Below are positions 1 through 10,792 of a stretch of DNA of 28,125 nucleotides, one piece after another. The stretch is from Octopus sinensis (taxonomy: Eukaryota): positions 1 through 28,125 of the forward strand of contig NW_021833543.1 of NCBI RefSeq assembly GCF_006345805.1. Direction: 5' to 3'. The notes under the pieces were generated by a model. That model was not told where the DNA came from. It was given only the letters and a program-made list of their open reading frames with translations, and did no database searches. Position 1 is the stretch's first letter. Each line of letters starts with the position of its first letter. Made by a program: the position numbers and the translations under genes.

Positions 1-51
1 TTAATGAACCACATGTTAATTATCTAATTAATTTATACACAGTCTCCATTC

Positions 52-140
52 TTCTCTCTCTTTCCCTCTCCTCTCTCTCCTCTCTCCTTCTCTCTCTCTT
101 TCTATATATATACATATATACATATATATATACATATATA

Positions 141-188
<48 letters not shown>

Positions 189-260
189 ATATAATACATA
201 CATACATACATATAAACATATATATATAATATTCATACATACATACATAATATATACATG

Positions 261-313
<53 letters not shown>

Positions 314-360
314 TATATAGATAGATAGATAGATATACATACATATATATATACACACAC

Positions 361-395
<35 letters not shown>
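52..395. repeat. Compound microsatellite (CT)n, (TA)n, (TACA)n, (AGAT)n
   Basis: Read directly from the sequence. It explains the YIYI-type ORFs at 20-365. Confidence 0.95.
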
Positions 396-399
<4 letters not shown>

Positions 400-603
400 T
401 AATAATATAAGGTAATATTATTCCAAACTTAATATAAGTGTAGTTATTCTACCAAATATATACATTTTATTTATTATTTTGCACGTTACTTAACCATTGG
501 TATGTGTTTTATCTTATATTCAATATTTCTATAAGATGTAATTTTTCTAATGGTATAATTTATTTTTTCATTATTGAATTGATAAAATTTAGTTTTTTTC
601 TAA

Positions 604-616
604 TCTATATATATAC

Positions 617-713
<97 letters not shown>

Positions 714-745
714 GTATATATATATGGAGAGAGAGAGAGATACAT
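604..745. repeat. (TA)n followed by (GA)n microsatellite
   Basis: Read directly from the sequence. Confidence 0.95.
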
Positions 746-769
746 ACACATGTATATGTTGGGTCATCA

Positions 770-1594
770 TAAGCCAGTGTCAGTGGTCGTTCCTGAAATT
801 CCAAGCCTGGCAACCGAAACTGGTTGTGGACAAGTGTACCCACCATGCATTTTGGGAGAAAAAACCCTGCGTCCACATACTCTCTCTCCACACACTGATA
901 TCAAAATCCTCTTGCGAGCGTGACCAGGCATCACTGTCAGCAGTGATTTGCGTTGGACAAAGCATATCTCAAAATTGTCAGAAGGCCGAGGGTTCTTGGC
1001 ATCACTCAGCAAGACTTTTGTTAGCCGCTCTCCAGCCATCTATTTCAAACTGTATACAGCTATGGTACACCACACTTGGAATTCGCATCATCAGTTTGGA
1101 ACCTCTATCTTGCTCAGAACATTGACCTCCTGGAATCTGTCCAGGAGACGTGCAACCAAACGCATACCCTCCATCAGACACCTACCTACTCTGAGCGCCT
1201 TGTTTCCCTGGCATGGATTCACTGAAGCTTCGTAGTCTGGCTGATGGACTTGGTAAACACCCACAAAGTTATCAACCACCTCACCAACAACAACACTGAA
1301 CACCTTTTTGATCTCCATGTGTCTAACACACGTGGACATGCCTACAAAGTCAGAAACACACAGCTCCCATGACTTTCGAAACATTTCTTCACGCTCAGAG
1401 TTGCTGAAGCATGGAATAAACTGCCTGGCGTCAGTTGTTGATTGCCATGACACGCATCCTTTAGGCCCTCATGCTTTCCGAAATCCGCCGAAACAACACT
1501 ACACTGATTATATATAGACTTTAGATGAGTTGTAGTGCACCTGAGCACTGTACACAATTATTATTATTATTATTATTATTATATTATTATTATT
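770..1594 (+). mobile_element. 5'-truncated, frameshifted CR1-type LINE 3' end (RT C-terminus) with (ATT)n tail
   Basis: Stitching the + frames gives [107 protein letters not shown]. This is the typical CR1/L2-group post-RT signature. An (ATT)n tail follows at about 1557-1594. Multiple frameshifts are present. Confidence 0.9.
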
Positions 1595-1595
1595 A

Positions 1596-1739
1596 AACTA
1601 CAGCCTAGAAGATGAGCCTCATCCTGAAAGATCTATAGAGCTCAATAAGGACGTCCTGCAAAACCTAGTGGAACAAAATCCTATTGTAACTGTTTAGGAA
1701 CTGCGTGCCATCAGAAGGGTCAGCAAATTGGGTCAATTG
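1596..1739 (+). mobile_element. Mariner (Tc1/mariner) transposase fragment, internally deleted
   Basis: Translates as NYSLEDEPHPERSIELNKDVLQNLVEQNPIVTV*EL-RAIRRVSKLGQL. This matches the mariner HTH region SLEDEPRxGRP...L..LVEQNP..T..EL...KLGQWVPH, with the second HTH helix missing. Confidence 0.8.
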
Positions 1740-1932
1740 AGAGGATGGGGACAGAGGGAGAGAGAGAGAGAAACAGAAGTGTAATTACTGCCACCTAGCA
1801 CTAGACAACTATCTTTCCTGTTTCTTAATTTCTTACCCAAAGCACCATTTTGCTGGCTACTGTAGCAGTGTCTTCCACAGTGGTCATGGGCCAACCACAA
1901 TGTGTGTGTGTATATTTGTACCATGACATCAA

Positions 1933-2201
1933 ATTCATTCATTCATTCATCATTTAGCGTCCGCTTTCCATGCTAGCATGGGTTGGATGGTTCAACTGGG
2001 GTCTGGGAAGCCAGGAGGCTGCACCAGGCCCAGTCTGATCTGGCAATGTTTCTACGGCTGGATGCCCTTCCTAACGCCAACCACTCCGTGAGTGTAGTGG
2101 GTGGTTTTTACGTGCCACCGGCACAGGTGCTAGACGGGGCTGGCAAACGGCCACGGTCGGATGGTGCTTTTTACGTGCCACCGGCACAAGGGCCAGGCGA
2201 G
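1933..2201 (-). mobile_element. Family E SINE-like retroelement ((GAT)n-tailed), 5'-truncated
   Basis: Shares the ggaagggcatccagccgtagaaac motif, the palindrome ccatgctagcatgg and the ggacgctaaatgatga end with copies at 7689, 8655 and 14073. It has two 63-bp internal repeats. Confidence 0.85.
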
Positions 2202-2228
2202 ATTATCATCATCATACAAGCCAGGCTG

Positions 2229-2406
2229 TCCATTTCCAGTCTTATGTGGAAAATATGTGTCCATGGAGAAATATTACCTTACTTGGGAACATGTGTGGGT
2301 TAGCAACAGAAAGGACAGCAAGCCAGAGAAAATCTGCCTCAACAAATTCCATCTAACCCATATCAGTATGGAAAAGTGGATGTTAAATGATGATGATGAT
2401 GATGAT
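2229..2406 (+). mobile_element. Family E-related element (second subfamily), decayed 3' part with (GAT)n tail
   Basis: Reads gaaaatctgcctcaacaaattccatctaacccat..atggaaaagtggatgttaaatgatgatgat and matches the copy at 12787-12887 on the minus strand. Confidence 0.7.
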
Positions 2407-2417
2407 ATTTTTTTTTA

Positions 2418-2813
2418 TTTTTTATTGCCCACAAGGGGCAAACAAGGACAGACAAAGGTATTAAGTCGATTACATCGACTCCAGTGCATAACTGGTACTC
2501 AATCTATCGACCCTGAAAGGATGAAAGTCAAAGTCGACCTCGGCGGAATTTGGACTCAGAACGTAACGAGAGACGAAATACCTATTTCTTTACTACCCAC
2601 AAGGAGCTAAACACAGAGAGGACAAACAAGGACAGACAAACGGATTAAGTCGATTATATGGACCCCAGTGTGTAACTGGTACTTATTTAATTGACACCGA
2701 AAGGATGAAAGACAAAGTCGACCTCAGCGGAATTTGAACTCAGAACGTAGCGGCAGACGAAATACCACTAAGCATTTCGCCCGGCGTGCTAACATTTCTG
2801 CCAGCTCGCTGCC
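2418..2813 (-). mobile_element. Family B tRNA-derived SINE, two tandem body units
   Basis: Minus strand head gcgagctggcagaaatgttagc, B-box gagttcaaattcc, and an approximately 184-bp unit present twice. Homologous to 9592-10009 and 17716-18313. Confidence 0.9.
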
Positions 2814-2963
2814 TTATGATGATGAGGATGTATGCCTGTGTGTGTGTGTTGTTTATACTTTGGGCTACCGATAATATTTCTGCCAGTTAATTTTGTACTA
2901 ATGAGGCTCTGCTCATTAATCAAACTATATGTGGTACTGTTGGAACACATATGTAAATATATA

Positions 2964-3350
2964 GGCGCAGGAGTGGCTGTGTGGTAAGTAACTTGCTAAC
3001 CAACCACATGGTTCCGGGTTCAGTCCCACTGTGTGGCATCTTGGGCAAGTGTCTTCTACTATAGCTTCGGGCCGACCAATGCCTTGTGAATGGATTTGGT
3101 AGACGGAAACTGAAAGAAGCCCGTCGTATATATGTATGTGTTGCGTGTATATGTTTGTGTGTCTGTGTTTGTCCCCCTAGCATTGCTTGACAACCGATGC
3201 TGGTGTGTTTACGTTCCCGTCGCTTAGCGGTTCGGCAAAAGAAACCGATAGAATAAGTACTGGGCTTACTAAGAATAAGTCCCGGGGTTGATTTGCTCGA
3301 CTAAAGGCGGTGCTCCAGCATAGTCAAATGACTGAAACAAGTAAAAGAGT
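2964..3350 (+). mobile_element. Family A tRNA-derived SINE, full length
   Basis: Head ggcgcaggagtggctgtgtggtaag (A-box-like), B-box-like gggttcagtccc, ccttgggcaagtgtcttc-type core, internal (TA)/(TG) tract and gtaaaagag tail. About 10 copies or fragments are in the window. Confidence 0.92.
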
Positions 3351-3399
3351 ATATATATATATATATTATATATATTGCACACACACACACACACGTATA

Positions 3400-3565
3400 T
3401 GTTGCCACTGTATCCTGAACCTGTGGTATCTATTTACAGACAGACTGGGACATGTTAGTGATTAGGTGCTTGTTCCATAGATATAATATTCTGCCGATGA
3501 CAAGATTTGAACACCTGATCTCTCTGTTCCTTGTCTGGTTGCCCGTCACCTCAGCCTGTGGCTGT
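3400..3565 (-). mobile_element. Possible ancient, highly decayed tRNA-SINE
   Basis: Minus strand has a B-box-like ggtgttcaaatc followed by ggaacaagcacctaa...ctgtctgtaaatagatacc, which resembles the cttgggcaag-cactt...tgtaaatgggtacc core of old SINE superfamilies. Single copy and degenerate. Confidence 0.3.
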
Positions 3566-3589
3566 GATCTCTGATTTCTCAATAAAAAA

Positions 3590-4160
3590 CCACACACACA
3601 CACATATGCATACGTGTGCGCATATACACACACACACACACACACACAATCCATAATTACATACACAAGTATTGGCATTATACGAAACATATATCTAACT
3701 CATACATAATGCACGTATATGCAACATAGATACGCATACGCAACACACACACATACATACACATGTGGCCAATTCGTCATACACACAGTCACACACCAAG
3801 ACGCATACTTGTAACACATTAATGCACACACATACACATACATACACATACATACACACATACACAACACACACATACATACACATGTAGCCAATTCGTC
3901 ATACACACAGTCACACACCTGTAACACATTAATGCACACACATACATACATACACATACATACACATACATACACACATACACAAGACAAACGTATATGT
4001 GCAACATACACAACACATGCACAACGTACACACACACACACACAAATGCACATACAAACACACATATGCAACACGCATATATACACCCATCCACAATGCA
4101 TGCACATAGACATACATACATACACATACATAGATAAACACCATACACACACTCACACGA
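3590..4160. repeat. Degenerate (CA)n/(CATA)n field with an internal ~122-bp duplication
   Basis: gccaattcgtcatacacacagtcacacacc occurs at 3768 and at 3890. Confidence 0.9.
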
Positions 4161-5127
4161 AGGAGACTTGTCTTTTTTTTTTCTCTTCTCTCACATCAAT
4201 GGAGCTTCTAGAATTTACCAGATTAACTCAATCTGAGGGAGAAAGCCAAACCTTACTTTCTTCCCCCACCACCACCACCGCCGCTGCCACACCAACACTA
4301 CCCACTCTCCAAACCAAACTCATTCAGCTACTTCCTTCCCACTCTTGCCAACCCCCCTAAATCTGCATAATTCACCTGTCTATTTCATTAGTAAGGCTCT
4401 CTGATTTGGGAGAAGAAACAAAAATAATCAAAAAAAAAGAAAATCAGAGAGAAAGGAAGAGAGAAGAGAGAATAAGACAGAGATAGAGAAATAGAGAGAG
4501 AGAGGAACGGAAGGAGAAAGAATGAAAAGGAGTAAGAGTAGGTGGGTTGGAGAATAATATTTGCTAATTCTTCCTTGTCAACAAACCATGTTTCCTTCCT
4601 GGTTTTCATTGTGTTCACAGTGCTGGATGAATTGCAGACATCACAGGAGGCGACTCTGTGCTAGATTTCAGCTGTATCTGACAGCTTACAAACTGGTTTA
4701 TAACTCAAACTGTTTGCTTCAAAGGAGATCTCAGGGATGGTTTAACAAACACACAACAACACACAACGTACACTCAACCACAACATAGCAAAACATGCAA
4801 CATGCCAGAACATACAACACAACAGACAACATACAACCTACCACAAACACACCACACAACGCATAACCTACAAAACTAAAACATGCGCAACACATACCAT
4901 ACAACTCACAACGTGCAACCCAGGGCACCAACATTCTGTACAGAGAATGTCTTCATCTGTTGATGACATCACTACTTCAAAATGCATTGAATGCAAGATG
5001 AGGCTGGATCTGTGGATGAGAGCTTGTGTAGAAAATATATTTCAAAATGGTTAACCTACAGTTTGTGATATATCAGTGATGAGAACTCATGTCTTTGGAT
5101 TTACTTAGCGGAGAAATTAATATAATA

Positions 5128-5533
5128 GGCGTAGGAGTGGCTGTGTGGTAAGTAGCTTGTTTACCAACCACATGGTTCCGGGTTCAGTCCCACTGCGTGG
5201 CACCTTGGGCAAGTGTCTTCTACTATAGCCTCGGGCCGACCAAAGCCTTGTGAGTGGATTTGGTAGACGGAAACTGAAAGAAGCCCGTCGTATATATGTA
5301 TATATATCTGTATGTGTATGTTTGTATTCGTCCCCCTAGCATTGCTTGACAACCGATGCTGGTGTGTTTATGTCCCCGTCACTTAGCAGTTCGGCAAAAA
5401 GAGACCAATAGAATAAGTACTAGGCTTACAAAGAATAAGTCCCGGGGTCGAGTTGCTCGATTAAGAGTGGTGCTCCAGCATGGCTGCAGTCAATGACTGA
5501 AACAAGTAAAAGAGTAAAAGAGAAAAAAGAGTA
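5128..5533 (+). mobile_element. Family A tRNA-derived SINE, full length
   Basis: Collinear with 2964-3350. Confidence 0.92.
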
Positions 5534-5727
5534 AATCCAATTCTCATTGACCAATCAGTGATTAGTATGCTGCTTTATTAACAGGCATACCTAATCGCTA
5601 TTAAAGGTATATTAGAAGTTGTAGTCTACTGCCAACAAAACAGGCACCACTGACCCCTGCTTTCAGTTATGACCTCTCAGGCTATCAGAGGTTTGTAAGC
5701 TGTGTCATTTCTGGTTGCATGATTGAT

Positions 5728-6132
5728 ACTCTCTCTTTTACTCTTTTACTTGTTTCAGTCATTTGACTGCGGCCATGCTGGAGCACCGCCTTTAATCGAG
5801 CAACTCGACCCCGGGACTTATTCTTTTGTAAGCCCAGTACTTATTCTATCGGTCTCTTTTGCCGAACCGCTAAGTAACGGGGACATAAACACACCAGCAT
5901 CGGTTGTCAAGCAACGCTAGGGGGACAAACACAGACACACAAATACACACGCTTATATATACATATACATATATACGACGGGCTTCTTTCAGTTTCCGTC
6001 TACCAAATCCACTCACTTGGTCGGCCCGAGGCTATAGTAGAAGACACTTGCCCAAGGTACCACGCAATGGGACTGAACCCGGAACCATGTGGTTGGTAAA
6101 CAAGCTACTTACCACACAGCCACTCCTGCGCC
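5728..6132 (-). mobile_element. Family A tRNA-derived SINE, near full length
   Basis: Reverse complement of the family A sequence, with a small internal deletion. Confidence 0.92.
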
Positions 6133-6543
6133 TAGTTTTTTTTTTTATCAGAAATCTGAAGGCAAGTTAGGCTTCTGGTTGGAAGGGCCAACTGGATGCC
6201 ACTACTAACAACTATTAGGCATGCCTGTTAATATAGCAGCATACTAATCACTGATTGGTTGATGAGAATTCAATTATATAAATGTATCTATTGAATAAAT
6301 CCATAGATATGATTACTGGCATGTCACAAAATGTAGTTCAGGAAGGTTCCCTCTCTCTGTCTATCTATTTGTCTGTCTGTCTGTGTGCTTATCTTCCTAT
6401 GGACTATTTATTATTTGAATTTGTTGTTATTTTAGCCCTGAGTTTACCCTGTTCAAACTGACCTATGATCAAAGCATTCCAGCCATGACAATCCCTGTGT
6501 TATCATCAGGCATAGTATATCAAAGACTACATTACTCAATGTG

Positions 6544-6932
6544 AGAGAGTGGAGGCGCAATGGCCCAGTGGTTAGGGCAGCGGACTCGCGGTCATACGAT
6601 CGCGGTTTCGATTCCCAGACCGGGCATTGTGAATGTTTATTGAGCGAAAACACCTAAAGCTCCACGAGGCTCTGGCAGGGGATGGTGGTGATCCCTGCTG
6701 TACTCTTTCACCACAACTTTCTCTCACTCTTACTTCCTGTTTCTGTTGTACCTGTATTTCAAGGGGCCGGCCTTGTCACTCTCTGTGTCACGCTGAATAT
6801 CCCCGAGAACTACGTTAAGGGTGCACGTGTCTGTAGAGTGCTCAGCCACTTACACGTTAATTTCACGAGCAGGCTGTTCCGTTGATTCGGATCAACCGGA
6901 ACCCTCATCGTCGTAACCAACGGAGTGCTTCC
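6544..6932 (+). mobile_element. Family C tRNA-derived SINE with 15-bp target-site duplication
   Basis: tRNA-like head (A-box tggcccagtggtt, B-box ggtttcgattccc) resembling tRNA-Arg. TSD acattactcaatgtg at 6529-6543 and 6933-6947. About 16 differences from the copy at 27471 by manual count. Confidence 0.92.
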
Positions 6933-7134
6933 ACATTACTCAATGTGGCTTGCTTCATTTTAATATTGTGCAATATGTTTTAAAGAACAGAATTGACTGC
7001 TATTTCAGAAACATCTTTGATCATAGGTCTCTATAGGGCTAAATGACAACGGTAACAATAGTGACAATAACAGCAACAATCACAACAAACACACATACAA
7101 GAGATGAGAATAATTTACTACCGAAGAAGAAAAT

Positions 7135-7268
7135 TATGTATGTATATATATGCATATATATATATGTGTATATATATTGTATACATATGTGTGTATGTAT
7201 ATGTGTGTCCGTGTGTATACATATGCACACACACACACACACTCACACACACACACATATATATATTA
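7135..7268. repeat. (TA)n/(TG)n/(CA)n microsatellite
   Basis: Read directly from the sequence. Confidence 0.9.
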
Positions 7269-7509
7269 GAGAGGGAAGGGTGTGTTATAAACACAATACA
7301 TCCATGTTTGAACAAAGAACAAAAGGATAACATAGTTGACATTTAAATACCATTTCTATACACACACGCATTCACTCACAAACTTTTAAACAGACATACA
7401 CTTTCTCACTCACAGACACACACACCTGCACATATTACACGCATACACATACATTATTATTTATTGATCAAAACAAAAAGTACTCAATACGCTGCATAGA
7501 TCATATACT

Positions 7510-7665
7510 TATTCAGCTGATGCCTTGTGGCATTACTTAAAATTTTACAAATGCTTTATCATTCAGTTGAACATATTGGACTGCAATTAGAAAAAAACAT
7601 TTGTTAATTCAGTGGTGTCAGAATCTCACTATTTTGTTGGTTCACACAGACCACATAAGTCATGT
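7510..7665 (-). repeat. Old repeat, inverted partner of 10042-10200
   Basis: Collinear over about 155 bp. Aligned blocks gave 42/55 and 27/37 identity. Confidence 0.7.
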
Positions 7666-7688
7666 GTAAAATATAATTATTCATGACC

Positions 7689-8029
7689 GCCGAGTCTTCT
7701 CAAGAACAGCATATTTCCAGAGGTCCCGGTCACTAGTCACTTGAGAAGACCTCGGCAAGCGCAAGTGAGACCATAACCTTGTGGCCTATGCCAGGGGTGT
7801 AACCAGTCCACTTATGCGTGCCTTTTCTTCATTGGACACTAAACTCTGCTTCCGAGGGACCTGTTGAGGCGAGTGAAATCGAAATCAAATTCGATGACTG
7901 GTATTAGGAAGGGCATCCAGCTGTAGAAACTCTGCCAGATCAAGATTGGAGCCTGGTGCAGCCATCTGGCTCGCCAGACCTCGGGTCAAATCGTCCAACC
8001 CATGCTAGCATGGAAAGCGGACGTTAAAC

Positions 8030-8030
<1 letters not shown>
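7689..8030 (+). mobile_element. Family E SINE-like retroelement lacking the internal 63-bp repeats
   Basis: gacctgttgaggcgagtgaaatcgaaatc and ggaagggcatccagctgtagaaac...ccatgctagcatggaaagcggacgttaaac match the copy at 8655-9097 on the minus strand. Confidence 0.85.
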
Positions 8031-8068
<38 letters not shown>

Positions 8069-8249
8069 CGTGATGATGATGGTGGTGATGATGATGATGA
8101 TGATCGTGATGATGATGATGATTGTGATGATGATGGTGGTGGTGGTGATGATTATAATGATGATCGTGATCATGATGATGGTGATGGTGATGATGATGAT
8201 GATGGTGGTGGTGATGATTATGATGATCGTGATGATGATGGTGGTGATG

Positions 8250-8281
<32 letters not shown>

Positions 8282-8340
8282 GATCGTGATGATGATGATG
8301 ATGATTGTGATGATGATGATGATGATGGTGGTGATGATGA
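8031..8340 (+). repeat. Expanded (GAT)n tail with GGT/CGT/TGT interruptions
   Basis: Begins exactly at the 3' end of the family E copy. It is the source of the poly-His and poly-Met ORFs. Confidence 0.95.
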
Positions 8341-8480
8341 TTTATTGATTGATTGATTGAAAAATAACATTGTTTTCTTAAGGAGAAATAACTGTAATTG
8401 ATTATAAACTTGTGCGTTAGTTTAAAAATCAGATCAGTTTTCCATGGCAGGTTTCTTGGTACCTGTTGTCTCATGTAGAT

Positions 8481-8635
8481 GGAGTTGCATGGCCTACTGG
8501 TTTAGGGTGTCGTACTCACAGTCACAAGATCATGGTTTCAATTCCCTAACCAGGTGGTCATGGAAAATACCACATTTTACATTGCTCCAGCCTGCTCAGT
8601 TATAAATAAGTTACCCGTCAACAGACTGGCATCTT
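8481..8635 (+). mobile_element. Decayed tRNA-SINE head (family C/D-like)
   Basis: atggcctactggtttagggtg...gatcatggtttcaattccc resembles the family C head. acattgctccagcctgctcag resembles family D acgttgctccagttcactcag. Confidence 0.5.
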
Positions 8636-8654
8636 GTTGTGACCTTGACCACTT

Positions 8655-9097
8655 ATCATCATCATCATCATCATCATCATCGTTTAGCGTCCGTTTTCCA
8701 TGCTAGCATGGGTTGGACGGTTCTACTGGGGTCTGTGAAGTCAGAAGGCTTCATCAGGCCCAGTCAAATCTGGCAGTGTTTCTACGGCTGGATGCTCTTC
8801 CTAACGCCAACCACTCCGTGAGTGTAGTGGGTGCTTTTTACGTGCCACCCGCTCAGGTGCCAGACAGAGCTGGCAAACGGCCACGAACGGATGGTGCTTT
8901 TTATGTGCCACCGGCACGAGGGCCAGGTGAGGCTGGCAATGGACACGAATGGATGGTGCTTTTTACGTGCCACCGGCACGAGGCCAGAAGGAGAAACGGA
9001 AGGTTCTCTTACATGCCACCGGCACTGGTAACACATCTGCAATTTCCATTGATCGATTTCGATTCTGATCCTCACTTGCCTCAACAGGTCTTCATGC
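8655..9097 (-). mobile_element. Family E SINE-like retroelement with 3-4 internal repeats
   Basis: (CAT)n tail on the + strand. The ggtgctttttacgtgccaccggcac module recurs at 8830, 8893 and 8955, and in degenerate form at 9002. Confidence 0.88.
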
Positions 9098-9244
9098 TAT
9101 GGAAACTGGGTAACCAGCTCTGTTGAGTCCTGGAGCTTGAGACAGTAATGTCTAGAGCTTGATGACAATGATGATGATGATGATGTCTCACATATTGTAT
9201 GTAAGAACATTTCTCTCATTAGATAAGGATGAGGTTTGGGAAGT

Positions 9245-9525
9245 ACTCTTACTCTTTCTCTCTTTTACTCTTTTACTTGTTTCAGTCATTTGACTGCGGC
9301 CATGCTGGAGCACCGCCTTTAATCGAGCAACTCGACCCCGGGACTTATTCTTTTGTAAGACCCCGGGACTTATTCTATCGGTCTCTTTTGCCGAACCGCT
9401 AAGTAACGGGGACATAAACACACCAGCATCGGTTGTCAAGCAATGCTAGGGGGACAAACACAGACACACAGACACACACGCATATATACATATTCATATA
9501 TACGACGGGCTTCTTTCAGTTTCCG
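9245..9525 (-). mobile_element. Family A SINE, 5'-truncated (no tRNA head)
   Basis: Matches the 3' two-thirds of family A. Confidence 0.9.
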
Positions 9526-9591
9526 CCTGAATCTAGTGCCGATAAATTGGTTAGTGAGTGATCTGATACTTTAAACCACATTTGAGCGAAA

Positions 9592-10009
9592 TATTTATTT
9601 CTTTAATACCCACAAGGGGCTAAACACAGAGAGGACAAACAAGGACAGACAAACGGATTAAGTTGATTATATCGACCCCAGTGCATAACAGGTACTTATT
9701 TAATCGACCCCCGAAAGGATGAAAGGCAAAGTCGACCTCGGCGGAATTTGAACTCAGAACGTAACGGCAGACAAAATACCTATTTCTTTACTACCCACAA
9801 GGGGCTAAACACAGAGAGGACAAACAAGGACAGACAAACGGATTAAGTCGATTATATCGACACCAGTGCATAACCGGTACTTATTTAATCGACCCCCGAA
9901 AGGATGAAAGGCAAAGTCGACCGCGGCGGAATTTGAACTCAGAACGTAACGGCAGACGAAATACGGCTAAGCATTTCGCCCGGTGTGCTAACGTTTCTGC
10001 CAGCTCGCC
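9592..10009 (-). mobile_element. Family B tRNA-derived SINE, two tandem body units
   Basis: Minus strand head ggcgagctggcagaaacgttagc followed by two approximately 185-bp units. Confidence 0.92.
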
Positions 10010-10041
10010 GGAGCTAAATATTGACTGCATGTATGGTTTCC

Positions 10042-10200
10042 ATGTGACTCATGTGGTCTGTGTTAGCCAATGAAACAATGAAATCCTGACGCCATTCTCA
10101 AGCGAAAGAATGTTTTCCCATTTATAGACCAGCATGGTCGACTGACTGATCAAACATTCATGGAACTCTTTAAGTAATGGCAGACTGCCTTAGTTAAATA
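10042..10200 (+). repeat. Old repeat, inverted partner of 7510-7665
   Basis: See the alignment under 7510-7665. Confidence 0.7.
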
Positions 10201-10363
10201 ATACACACACAGACACACACACACACACATGCATCACTTTTATTTACTTGCTTCCCCTTATTCATATAAATATGGGGAGGATGTTATTCCAAATATGTCT
10301 ATCTATGTACACGTGCGTGCGTGCATATGTTTGAATCTGTTTGTTTCTATGTGCATGTTTGTA

Positions 10364-10398
<35 letters not shown>

Positions 10399-10519
10399 AT
10401 GTATGTCTCTCTCTATCTTTCTCTTTCTCTCTTTCTCTTTCTCTCTCTTTCTCTCTTTTCAATCATACTCTCTGTGTGTGTAACTGAAAATGTCTGTCTA
10501 TGTGTCTCCCTGCATTCAC

Positions 10520-10593
<74 letters not shown>
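10520..10593. repeat. (TTA)n microsatellite
   Basis: Read directly from the sequence. Confidence 0.95.
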
Positions 10594-10594
<1 letters not shown>

Positions 10595-10596
10595 TT

Positions 10597-10760
10597 AAGG
10601 TGGCGAGTTGGCACAGTTGCCAGCAAGCTGGGCAAAAAGCTTAGTGGCATTTCATCTTCCTTCATGTTCTGAGATCAAATACCACCGGGGTCAACTTTGC
10701 CATTCATCCTTTGTGGGTCAATCAAATAAGTACCAGTTGAGTACTGAGGTCAATCTAATT
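10597..10760 (+). mobile_element. Old family B-like SINE, monomeric and decayed
   Basis: ggtggcgagttggca...ttctgagatcaaatacc..ggtcaactttgccattcatcctttgtgggtcaatcaaataagtaccagttgagtactgaggtcaat. Confidence 0.8.
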
Positions 10761-10792
10761 TCAAGACTTGTCTATAATAGAAAGGATTATTA

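Larger units (their letters stand above)
5056..6336. mobile_element. Old foldback/MITE-like element with ~125-bp inverted arms, interrupted by two family A SINEs
   Basis: 5537-5595 is the reverse complement of 6214-6271 with few mismatches. The match continues on the far side of the first SINE: 5056-5126 versus 6272-6336, with 30/40 identity in the block I aligned. Confidence 0.65.

Noticed and set aside
5056-5075. ZNF143/Staf-like actaca..gcatgc motif in the foldback arm ends
   Set aside because: The central TTCCCA core is missing, so the match is compatible with chance.
6470-6510. Other CTGANGA hits as hammerheads (also near 8751, 16252, 17685, 19213, 25944 and 28097)
   Set aside because: None has a stem II followed by GAAA and a compatible NUH with stem I.
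6551-6625. Functional tRNA-Arg gene (also at 27471)
   Set aside because: The acceptor and anticodon stems do not pair properly, and it continues into a 300-bp body shared between copies, so it is a SINE head.
7986-8474. 162-aa poly-His ORF as a metal-binding protein
   Set aside because: It is the antisense of a retroposon (GAT)n tail, and its C-terminus is family E sequence.
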